NCBI GenBank assembly: GCA_048499955.1
Contig: JASNYX010000001.1
Location: 66,452-130,451 of the forward strand
DNA length: 64,000 nucleotides
Reading direction: 5' to 3'
Origin: Patescibacteria group bacterium
GTDB lineage: Bacteria; Patescibacteriota; WWE3; 2-01-FULL-39-13
Shown here: positions 10,975 to 19,505 of the stretch, in pieces
Position numbering within the stretch: the first letter of the stretch is position 1
Layout: the number at the start of each line of letters is the position of its first letter
Notes under the pieces: model-generated
The model's input: only the letters and a program-made list of their open reading frames with translations
What the model was told of the DNA's origin: nothing
The model's database searches: none
Position numbers and translations under genes: made by a program

Positions 10975-11053
10975 GTATCTTGCCGGGGTCTTGTGGACAA
11001 GTCTTAGATGTGGCTTGTAGAATCTTTTAAGTAATGAATTATCGGTATGTCTA

Positions 11054-11740
11054 ATGTATCTTATTGCTAACTGGAAGCTAAATAAAACCGTTGAGAATCT
11101 TGAGCCTTGGTTGAAGGAGGTAATTTCCGAGATCACAGAATTGCGTTCTCATCATAACAAGAAAATTATCATTGCAGCTTCGGATGTTCTACTTACTACC
11201 CTTAGTAAGTTGATTAATAAAAGTGCTAAAGCCAGAAAACTTGGTATATCTATTGCGGCTCAGGATGTTTCAGTTTATGTTTCCGGTCCCCACACTGGTG
11301 AGACTAGCGTGTTACAAATCAAGGATATCGTGGATTACTGTATTATTGGTCATTCAGAGCGTAGAGCTATGGGAGAATCTGATAAAGACATTTATCACAA
11401 GGCAAAAAACCTCATTGAGCACGATATTCAGCCAATTATATGTTTTAGTCAACTTATCGAAATAAGGAATTTGGTTTCATATGATCTCGATATTGATAAA
11501 TGCTTATTTGCGTATGAGCCTTTATACGCCATCGGTACAGGTAATGAGGCACCGGCAGCAGAAATACAGCGAGTGTATAATAGGTCGGGTTTAAAGAATA
11601 TGATTTATGGGGGAAGTGTTAATTCGGACATATTAGAGCATTATGTAGGGCTTGATTTTCTTAATGGTTACTTGGTAGGATCTGCTAGCTTGGACCCAAA
11701 ATCATTTAGTCAAATTTACCGCTTTCCTTTCCAGGCCTAA
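11054..11740 (+). CDS. tpiA: Triosephosphate isomerase
   Basis: IANWKLN, catalytic GHSERR, AYEPLYAIGTG and YGGSV. Confidence 0.8.
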   Translation: MYLIANWKLNKTVENLEPWLKEVISEITELRSHHNKKIIIAASDVLLTTLSKLINKSAKARKLGISIAAQDVSVYVSGPHTGETSVLQIKDIVDYCIIGHSERRAMGESDKDIYHKAKNLIEHDIQPIICFSQLIEIRNLVSYDLDIDKCLFAYEPLYAIGTGNEAPAAEIQRVYNRSGLKNMIYGGSVNSDILEHYVGLDFLNGYLVGSASLDPKSFSQIYRFPFQA

Positions 11741-11745
11741 TATTT

Positions 11746-12777
11746 ATGAATAAAATTCTAGTTTCATGCTTAGCTCTATTTTTAGGCACAATCGGATCCA
11801 TTGCTATTGCAGGGTATTTTCTGGATATTTCAACGTTTTTTAAGCCTATTTCAGTTGTCTCGAAGGTGATTATTGATGGGGAACTAAAGAAAACGGATGG
11901 TAAAACTAACATTCTAATTTTAGGAACTGATGCACGCACTGCAGGATCCCATTCAAATTCAGCACTTACGGATACCGTTGCCGTTGTTTCCATTGATGAC
12001 TCAACCGGAAAAACTGTTCTTATTTCACTCCCAAGGGATATTTGGATTCAAGAATACAAAACAAAAATAAATAGTGTTTATGCATTGTCCGGTCGGAAAC
12101 CGGAGTCTATTTCAAGTGCGGTCGAAAAAGTTCTTGGAATTCCGGTTCATTATCATGTAATTGTCGGTTTTGATGTTTTTCAGCAAGCCGTGGATGCCGT
12201 TGGTGGTATCGAAGTTGAAGTCGATCATACATTCGATGATTACCAGTATCCGATTGAGGGTAGAGAAAATGCCGAACCGGAAAGTTCGAGATACGAACAC
12301 ATTCACTTTGATGCCGGCCGGCAAAAAATGAATGGAGTGATTGCCTTAAAATTTGCGAGATCCCGACACTCAAGTAATCCCGTAGAAGCAGGTGATTTTG
12401 CTCGAGCCAGACGACAACAGAAAGTTATGCTGGCACTAAAAGACAAGGTGATTTCTGCGGAAACTCTTTTTAACCCTCTTAAACTCAGTGCCCTATATGA
12501 TAGTTATAAAGACAATGTTCGGACAAACATTGAACCGGGAGATGTAGCCTTATTTTACAAGGCATATAGTGATTTCAAATTTGATGACATAGAACGTATT
12601 GTTATATCAAATGAAACACCTGGTTCAGTTGATTCTGAGGTTCTTGGTTCGGGGATGTTGATTTCTCCCGGAGAGGCTGATCGTCAACTTCTTTACAATG
12701 GGGCGTATGTACTTGTGCCCAAATCCGGGAATTTCGATGAAATTCATACTCTTGTAAGAACTACTTTATTTGATTAA
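11746..12777 (+). CDS. LytR-CpsA-Psr (LCP) family cell-envelope phosphotransferase
   Basis: N-terminal TM segment, then ILILGTDAR, SDTVAVVSID, LPRDIW and VGGIEV motifs. Confidence 0.75.
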   Translation: MNKILVSCLALFLGTIGSIAIAGYFLDISTFFKPISVVSKVIIDGELKKTDGKTNILILGTDARTAGSHSNSALTDTVAVVSIDDSTGKTVLISLPRDIWIQEYKTKINSVYALSGRKPESISSAVEKVLGIPVHYHVIVGFDVFQQAVDAVGGIEVEVDHTFDDYQYPIEGRENAEPESSRYEHIHFDAGRQKMNGVIALKFARSRHSSNPVEAGDFARARRQQKVMLALKDKVISAETLFNPLKLSALYDSYKDNVRTNIEPGDVALFYKAYSDFKFDDIERIVISNETPGSVDSEVLGSGMLISPGEADRQLLYNGAYVLVPKSGNFDEIHTLVRTTLFD

Positions 12778-12786
12778 GTTCCGCCG

Positions 12787-13470
12787 ATGATATATCTCTT
12801 AACCGGTGATGATGAGATTTCTGCAAAGGAATTTGTTCAGCAAGTTCGAAGGAGCTTTCCTGAAAACCATATTCACTACAAGGAGGGCATTATAAATTCT
12901 GATGAGGTAAAAATACTCACGAGTTCGTTGCCCTTATTTGCTGATAACACGCTCATTATTTTAAAGCCAAAAAATATTACCACGCTTAATTTTGATAAAG
13001 ATTATTTACAAGATATATCAGATCGTAAAGAAATAACTTTTATCTTTTATGCAATCTCACAAAATCTGAATAGTAAGGTAGGCAAACTATTAAAAGAACT
13101 TTCAACCGTACGCAATTTCGTAGTTCCGAAGGACTATCGGTTTTTTAATATTTGTGATGCATTATTTATGGAAAATAACGCCAACAAGGCATTATCGTTA
13201 ATAAAGCAATCCCGAAATATTGAAGATGATTTTTATCCACTAATCAGTTTATTACAGATGTCGTTAAGAAATTATTTGTCGTCTATCTATCAGAATAAAG
13301 TATGGGAAAACACACATCCTTTTATGAAGCGAAAGATTGCGTCCTATAAAATTAATGAAGAAAAGGCAAAAGCCCTTTATCGTCAATTATTTGAAATGGA
13401 TTTAGCATCAAAGACGAAAAAGGTTGATAAAATGGCTCTATTAGAAGAGTTCGTGTTATACTGCGGTTAA
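12787..13470 (+). CDS. holA: DNA polymerase III delta subunit-like (short form)
   Basis: The N-terminus MIYLLTGDDEISAKEF...LPLFADNTLIILK matches the HolA N-domain pattern. Confidence 0.45.
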   Translation: MIYLLTGDDEISAKEFVQQVRRSFPENHIHYKEGIINSDEVKILTSSLPLFADNTLIILKPKNITTLNFDKDYLQDISDRKEITFIFYAISQNLNSKVGKLLKELSTVRNFVVPKDYRFFNICDALFMENNANKALSLIKQSRNIEDDFYPLISLLQMSLRNYLSSIYQNKVWENTHPFMKRKIASYKINEEKAKALYRQLFEMDLASKTKKVDKMALLEEFVLYCG

Positions 13471-13634
13471 GTGGAGCTGCATAGTTTTAGCAAAAATATT
13501 GAAGGGTTTTGACCCCGACTGCTCCGCGGACAGGATCCATTTCACATTTGTTCAGACCATATAAATACGAGAAAAAAGTAAGAAAAAACTACTGGCATTT
13601 TGCTGAGAGTTTTATAAATCGACCTGTAGCAGCG

Positions 13635-14345
13635 ATGAGCTCAATTAGGATCACACTTCGTGTTGGCATTTCTTTTGCTTTGCTTGCGGTTGGGTTATAC
13701 CTGATGTCGAGTCGGGTAGTTTTGCCGATGATCTCAATTTATGCGGCATCCCAAAGCCAATACCCTATTATTAGCCCAATTGATAGCACAACTCCGGTCT
13801 TATCAGCAAAAGATGCGAATGCGTTTAGTTTTACCGAATTAAACTACGAATATAGAGCTGCAAACCCTTCGTTGGATCATGAGCGAGCCTATGAAGATTA
13901 CCCTGATCAGTTTTTTATCACTATTCCCAAATTGAACATTTATGATGCTGTTATTGATACCAATTCGAGCAATTTGGATCCTCGCAAAGCACTGGGGCAT
14001 TACAAAGGGAGCTGCTTACCTGATGAATCATGCAATGTTTTCGTTTACGGACATTCTACTAACCGATGGGTTAAAAATAGGTATGAACACGGAGATTATT
14101 CGGCGATATTTTCCCGTTTGGAAGAACTTCAGTATGGTGATGAAATATTCGTTAAATATAATGATAAAGAATATCGTTATATTGTAGATTTATGGACGAT
14201 CAAGAGTCCTGAGGAAGTAGACCCACTATCATCCCCTTATCCAAAAAGCGTCGGTTTACATACAAGCTCAATTGAGCTGTTCACCTGTACTCCTGCCGGA
14301 ACTACAAAATATAGATTATCTGTTGTGGGAAAACTGGTTCAATAA
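13635..14345 (+). CDS. Sortase (transpeptidase)
   Basis: N-terminal TM anchor, catalytic His in VYGHST, and a TLxTC-type active site LFTCTP. The ORF track extends to a TTG at 13509, but its extra 42 residues lack sortase features. Confidence 0.7.
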   Translation: MSSIRITLRVGISFALLAVGLYLMSSRVVLPMISIYAASQSQYPIISPIDSTTPVLSAKDANAFSFTELNYEYRAANPSLDHERAYEDYPDQFFITIPKLNIYDAVIDTNSSNLDPRKALGHYKGSCLPDESCNVFVYGHSTNRWVKNRYEHGDYSAIFSRLEELQYGDEIFVKYNDKEYRYIVDLWTIKSPEEVDPLSSPYPKSVGLHTSSIELFTCTPAGTTKYRLSVVGKLVQ

Positions 14346-14356
14346 GATCGTTAAGG

Positions 14357-15049
14357 TCAATCTTCTCTGTTTAATATAAATTCGACAAATAGGGGATAGT
14401 CTTCGAGATTTACTTGTCCGTCTTTATTAAAGTCAAACTTCATATTTTGAAATAAAATAGCTTGCTTAAATTCATTGGTAACGCGTTCACCGTATTTGCT
14501 TGTGCTTGTTCCAAGCACTTGCCTTGTTGGTAATGGTTCTGAGATACCATTGTCGTCATATGATGAGAATCCGGAGAAATCGTCATCAGTAGTAATTTCC
14601 GGTATCTGGACTGAAAATTCTTTTTCTGTGGTGAAAAAAAGGTCTCTATCTTCAGGATATATTGTATTTTCGTTTGAGATTTTATAAAAATATGTTGCAC
14701 CCGGCTCAAGATTTTCGATAACGACAATATGATTCTGCCCCTTATCCTTTTCAGTTTCTTTCAGACATTCTCGGTTGTTCATATTCTCTTTCTTAAAACA
14801 TACATCGTCTCTTCGCTGACTGAAAATGATTGTTCCTTGAGTTGGTACTTCAGTGAACCACCTTGCTTCCGATTTTCCCGGTTCCAGATTTCTAATCTGT
14901 ATGCTGATAGGAAGAACAGACTTCTCTGTGGCCTCTGAAGAGGTATTTGTACTAAATGGAATGTATTGGATAGCTAAAGTTGATAGCCCGACAAGCCCAA
15001 TTAGCAAAAGGAATGTCAGGAATCCCTTTAGACCTTCTGTCGAATTCAT
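14357..15049 (-). CDS. Membrane-anchored or secreted protein with an FN3-like domain and a C-terminal dockerin/EF-hand-like Ca-binding repeat
   Basis: N-terminal hydrophobic segment, LEPGATYFYKI (FN3-like), and DFNKDGQVNLEDY. Overlaps the upstream gene by 4 nt. Confidence 0.45.
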   Translation of the reverse strand: MNSTEGLKGFLTFLLLIGLVGLSTLAIQYIPFSTNTSSEATEKSVLPISIQIRNLEPGKSEARWFTEVPTQGTIIFSQRRDDVCFKKENMNNRECLKETEKDKGQNHIVVIENLEPGATYFYKISNENTIYPEDRDLFFTTEKEFSVQIPEITTDDDFSGFSSYDDNGISEPLPTRQVLGTSTSKYGERVTNEFKQAILFQNMKFDFNKDGQVNLEDYPLFVEFILNRED

Positions 15050-15786
15050 CTTCTATCAATTGCGATATGTTTGCGTAATGATACTACACCCAAGAAAATC
15101 AACCCTAGTGAAGTAATCAGATATACCATAACATCGCTTGTTCCTGTTTGTGGAACTGCATTTGGTTGTTCTGTAGTCGTGGGCGAAATTGCTCCAATTG
15201 CCAATTCCGAAGGTGATGGTGTCGGTGTTGTCGCATCTTGTATATCAAGGTTATAAACACCATTAATAGTTTCAGTTAACAAAGATTCGCCACCTGCACC
15301 CGTGATTGAACTGGTTGATTGGATCTGTAATTGTACTTGTCCGGTAGTTTCTATTGCTTCAAAATTTATTGAAGCCAATTTTACTTTTCCGCTTTTATAG
15401 TTACCTGCGTTATTCACAGCATTTACAGTAATGGTTCTGGTATTTGTATCATTATCCTTTTCCAGATAACTGTCGAAATCACCATCAGTAATAGATACGA
15501 CCGTTAAACTTGATGGATACGTGATTTTAATTTGTGCAGCAGATATTTCAGGTTCGGTCACACTTGACTCAACATAAACGGTGACTCTCGAACTCTTCTT
15601 ATTAATAATTCCGGTTGCTGGAGAAATATATGCCGAAGCGGCTTCGACTTCTGTAGGGGTTAAAGGATTACCTAAAACTAGTGCTCCTACTACTAAACTT
15701 AACAAGGCGCTCTTTGCTAATAATTTGCTTGGCAGGCAGTTCATATTTTTTCTATAAAAATAATTAATATTCAGCTCTTTATTCAT
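15046..15786 (-). CDS. Cell-surface protein with a VPQTG sortase sorting signal
   Basis: N-terminal signal peptide. C-terminal VPQTG, then a hydrophobic segment, then an RKH..DRR tail. Confidence 0.6.
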   Translation of the reverse strand: MNKELNINYFYRKNMNCLPSKLLAKSALLSLVVGALVLGNPLTPTEVEAASAYISPATGIINKKSSRVTVYVESSVTEPEISAAQIKITYPSSLTVVSITDGDFDSYLEKDNDTNTRTITVNAVNNAGNYKSGKVKLASINFEAIETTGQVQLQIQSTSSITGAGGESLLTETINGVYNLDIQDATTPTPSPSELAIGAISPTTTEQPNAVPQTGTSDVMVYLITSLGLIFLGVVSLRKHIAIDRR

Positions 15787-15879
15787 GCTGAAGATAATGT
15801 ATCTGTTTGATACGTAATATAATTAAATACTAACACAATCTTTAAATCAAATGGAATAACTTCCCCAATTTTGATACTA

Positions 15880-16155
15880 TTACTTCTTATCTGCGAGCTC
15901 TTTAATTTTTCTTGCCACAACTGACTTAATCCTTGAGGCTTTATTCCTTGCAAAAACATTTGCCTTTGCTGCTTTATCAGTTTTCTTTTGAAGGGTTGAT
16001 GCACTTTTCAAAATCTCTTCCATCGGCTTATTTTCTTTGATCAATTCCAGAATGTTTTTGTAAGCACCTCTAACCTGAGTCTTCCACCACTTGTTATAGG
16101 AAGTCTTAGTTTTGGTCTTTCTTATTGCCTTTTGCGCTTGTTTTGTGTTAGCCAT
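15880..16155 (-). CDS. rpsT: 30S ribosomal protein bS20
   Basis: MANTKQAQKAIRK...ARNKASRIKS is the typical S20 sequence. Confidence 0.85.
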   Translation of the reverse strand: MANTKQAQKAIRKTKTKTSYNKWWKTQVRGAYKNILELIKENKPMEEILKSASTLQKKTDKAAKANVFARNKASRIKSVVARKIKELADKK

Positions 16156-16430
16156 AAATATAGTATGTTTTCAGTATTGAAGCCCCTTTGCCTCACTTTG
16201 CTCAGGTATTGCTTCTTTAATGCGATTATATCTTAGCTATATAATCATAGTAACTCAAAGATATTTGCACTAAATAAATACGTTGGAATTGTAACAGTTT
16301 ATCGACTCGTCTGCAATATTACGGCAAAGTATAAAGGATTTTTGAGAATACAGAATAACATGACCCGGCTTATGGCTATAATTATGGATAATTGCTGTCA
16401 TTCTAATACTTATGTTAAGATAACCCACTT

Positions 16431-18074
16431 ATGGTGAGAGCTTTTTTTAACTCAATCAATAGAGCCTCCAGATCTAAGCAGGAGACAATATTAGCTGCCG
16501 CAACGGTTATTGGCTTTATTTACTGTATTTCCGCGGCTTTGGGGTTCGTAAGAAATCGATTACTTTCGGGATATTTTGGTGATTCTACTGAATTAGGTTT
16601 ATATTTTGCGGCAGACGATATTCCCAATCTGATTTTTTCTTTTATAGTTTCGGGAGCACTATCTACCTCTTTTATTCCCGTTTTTAATAAGTATTACAAG
16701 GAAAATCAAGAGGAATCGTGGAAGGTAACCACCACCATTGTAAACATCTCCCTTGTGGCTTTTCTCCTCTTTTTTGTGATTATATTTCTATTTTCTGACT
16801 TCATTGTAGGTCAGATCATGGCTAGAAATAGTCAGCTATCTCCAGACGAGTTACGTTTATATGCCTCGCTCCTTGAAATATTAATGATAGCTCAACTTGG
16901 GTTTATTCTTAGTAGTTTTTACACTAGCATTCTGCAGTCGTTTAACCATTTTATTGTTCCTGCTATGGCACCGGTCATGCTTAATGTGGGAGTTATTATC
17001 TTCTTGGTTCTTTTCTATTCCTCTTGGGGTATTTATGCTCCGGCTTGGGGTACTGTTTTTGGGGCTTTTCTTCATATGGTGATACAGATGCCTATGGCTA
17101 AGGCGTTGGGCTTTAAATATAAGTTAACTTGGAATTTGAAGCATAAAGGAGTTTCGGACTTCTACAAGATGATGGTCCCTCGGACACTTGGTCAGACTGC
17201 TCAGAAGCTTATAATTCCGCTTTATACGAATCTGGCTCTTTATATCTCCGGGGCATCTAACGTTATATTAACTTTTGCGGATGATTTGCAGAGTGTTCCG
17301 GTTAGAATTTTTGGAATGTCTATCGGCCAGGCTGCGTTGCCTATATTCTCAGGGTCATATAATGAGAAAGATCCGAGTGCTTTCAGAAAACTATTATCTA
17401 AGACACTGTATCAGGTCATATTTTTTGTTCTACCAATGAGTGTTTTGGTCTTTATTCTAAGAGTTCCTCTGGTACGTTTGGCGTTTGGAGCCAGAAAGTT
17501 TTCCTGGGATGCCACTGTCATGACGGCCTATACCTTAGCGTTTTTTAGTATCGCGATAGTTACTCAGGCACTCATTTTAATTCTCGCTAGAGGGTTTTAC
17601 ACATTGTGTGATACAAAAACTCCCTTCAAGATTACGACGGTAACGATTGTGATCAATGCAATTCTTGCTATCACCTTTGTGAAGTATCTGGAGCTTGGCG
17701 TGTGGAGTCTGGCATTCGCATTTGCAATTTCGAACCTTATTAGTACGGCTTTTATGTTCAGATCACTAGTAAAGAAGATTAAAGGGTTTGACCTTTACGA
17801 TTTCCTGTATAAAGTAAATCGAATCGCTTTGGCATCATATATTATGGGCATCATGCTTTATGTTCCTTTGAAGATTTTTGATAAGTTTGTTTTTGATACG
17901 ACCAGAACATTTGATCTGTTTCTTCTTACAGGGGTTGTGTCAGTTATCGGATTGGTAACCTATGTTGCTTTAGTAAAGTTTTTCAAACTAAAAGAGCTTG
18001 ATTACACCTACTATATTTTCAAGAATATTAATTCCTTTTTTAAAAAGAATTTCAAATATTCTTCTACCAATTGA
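16431..18074 (+). CDS. murJ: Lipid II flippase MurJ/MviN
   Basis: Polytopic membrane protein of about 14 TM segments. Contains FGDSTELGLYFAADDIPNLIFSFIVSGALSTSFIPVF, the MurJ N-terminal signature. Confidence 0.8.
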   Translation: MVRAFFNSINRASRSKQETILAAATVIGFIYCISAALGFVRNRLLSGYFGDSTELGLYFAADDIPNLIFSFIVSGALSTSFIPVFNKYYKENQEESWKVTTTIVNISLVAFLLFFVIIFLFSDFIVGQIMARNSQLSPDELRLYASLLEILMIAQLGFILSSFYTSILQSFNHFIVPAMAPVMLNVGVIIFLVLFYSSWGIYAPAWGTVFGAFLHMVIQMPMAKALGFKYKLTWNLKHKGVSDFYKMMVPRTLGQTAQKLIIPLYTNLALYISGASNVILTFADDLQSVPVRIFGMSIGQAALPIFSGSYNEKDPSAFRKLLSKTLYQVIFFVLPMSVLVFILRVPLVRLAFGARKFSWDATVMTAYTLAFFSIAIVTQALILILARGFYTLCDTKTPFKITTVTIVINAILAITFVKYLELGVWSLAFAFAISNLISTAFMFRSLVKKIKGFDLYDFLYKVNRIALASYIMGIMLYVPLKIFDKFVFDTTRTFDLFLLTGVVSVIGLVTYVALVKFFKLKELDYTYYIFKNINSFFKKNFKYSSTN

Positions 18075-18282
18075 AAGTAGGGGTTTCTTCCGGAGCTAAT
18101 TGAATTCGGCCCTTTAGATCTTCAAGTGTATGCAAGTCTAATGTGGGGTCAATTTCTTCAACGACAATATTTTCAAGTTTTCCGGGTACTGCACTATTTG
18201 CTCTATAAGCTTCAAATGCCAGCCAGGCTAGAACCGTTATTATCGTAATAATGTTGATCTTTTGAAAAACGTTTAAGCTCAT
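18064..18282 (-). CDS. Small bitopic membrane protein, last gene of the pilN/O-like operon
   Basis: Single TM segment. The start overlaps the stop of the upstream gene by 4 nt. Confidence 0.3.
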   Translation of the reverse strand: MSLNVFQKINIITIITVLAWLAFEAYRANSAVPGKLENIVVEEIDPTLDLHTLEDLKGRIQLAPEETPTFNW

Positions 18283-18887
18283 TGTCGGGAAACCTCCTCT
18301 TGTAGTAAAGATTGTGATTCTTCTTCGTTTTCTTTTCCACTCCCATTCCCATTCTTGGATGTGTAAAACGCTCTTCCGTCAATATCTGCCCGTATGACCC
18401 CCGGTGCAAAAGTTTTAGGAGCACGAATATCTATGCTGTCTATTGCAGTTATTCGTATTAGTTTTGTTAGTTCATCGATGAATTCAGTAAATTGGTCGTA
18501 TCTACCTTCTACGCCTATTTTATAGGTTAGCGTGTTTTTCGAGTACGAAAAATTAGTATTCGCAATATTTAGATTATATTTATAGGTTAGTTCTTGAAAC
18601 ATTTGAATGAATTCTCCCTCGTTGGGTTCGCTTGGAATTGATTGATCAATTAACTTGATTTCTTCCTGATAGTCAGCGTGAAGCTGTCTGATTGTTTCTA
18701 AGTCAGCAAGATTCTGGTTAAGTTGTTCGTTAATAATTTTAGCTTCCTTAGCGTATTTACTATTTGTAGACACCCTTACCACCAACGGGCGTATCGCAAA
18801 TATCGCTAGTCCCACAGCTAATAGCAACATTATGGAAAGTGTTATGTATTTCTGTTTTTTTTCGTCTCTAAATAAATTTTTGCTCAT
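18279..18887 (-). CDS. PilO-like bitopic membrane protein
   Basis: N-terminal TM segment, coiled-coil, then a periplasmic alpha/beta domain. Its length and topology resemble PilO, and it overlaps the gene upstream. Confidence 0.35.
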   Translation of the reverse strand: MSKNLFRDEKKQKYITLSIMLLLAVGLAIFAIRPLVVRVSTNSKYAKEAKIINEQLNQNLADLETIRQLHADYQEEIKLIDQSIPSEPNEGEFIQMFQELTYKYNLNIANTNFSYSKNTLTYKIGVEGRYDQFTEFIDELTKLIRITAIDSIDIRAPKTFAPGVIRADIDGRAFYTSKNGNGSGKENEEESQSLLQEEVSRQ

Positions 18888-19450
18888 TTTACTTCCATAG
18901 TGAAATCAAAACTGAATGATTGCTGTATGCGATCAAATGTACTTTTATTCATGATGATAGATTTGATCGATTCATCCCTTATAAGGCTGTCAAGGAATAG
19001 TGCAAAGCCTTGGGTAGATTTAACGCTGGCTTTTAAATTTAATTTATCTGCTTCGTATTTATAGGACTCCAAAGTCATGTCTTCGGGCACAATGGCATTT
19101 ATTTTATCTAGTCGTTCGCCCCAGTTTACTTGTTTATTAGTAATTTCACTGATTTTCGTAAGTTCGCCCTGAATGCGACGATGTTCCTTAAGTAGTTCTT
19201 GGTTTTCTTGTAGGGCGAGTATTTCTGTTGAGTTCTTAATTTGCTTATCAAGAGAATTAGATTGTGTATGGAAATAGAATTCTATAGCAAGTCCGGCAAG
19301 TAGAATAGCTTCGGTCACTATCAGAATGTGCCTTCCTAGTGTGGTGAAAACAAAAAGTTGCTTCACAACATCCTCGTTTTTCTTAGAAGAGTCGGTGCCT
19401 GTAGCAAAGTTTATTTTTAGGCTATTTAGTGTGGATGGGCTGTCCGGCAT
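18884..19450 (-). CDS. PilN-like bitopic membrane protein
   Basis: Cytoplasmic N-terminus, one TM segment, coiled-coil, then a periplasmic domain. No INLLP motif is present, so the assignment is weak. Confidence 0.3.
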   Translation of the reverse strand: MPDSPSTLNSLKINFATGTDSSKKNEDVVKQLFVFTTLGRHILIVTEAILLAGLAIEFYFHTQSNSLDKQIKNSTEILALQENQELLKEHRRIQGELTKISEITNKQVNWGERLDKINAIVPEDMTLESYKYEADKLNLKASVKSTQGFALFLDSLIRDESIKSIIMNKSTFDRIQQSFSFDFTMEVK

Positions 19451-19505
19451 TAGTACGATTCTAACATTTAAGGCGTTTTTTGTGGTAAGCCTTGATATAA
19501 TGTTT

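Noticed and set aside
15783-16004. A 73-aa ORF overlapping rpsT
   Set aside because: It overlaps the conserved bS20 gene in another frame and has no support.
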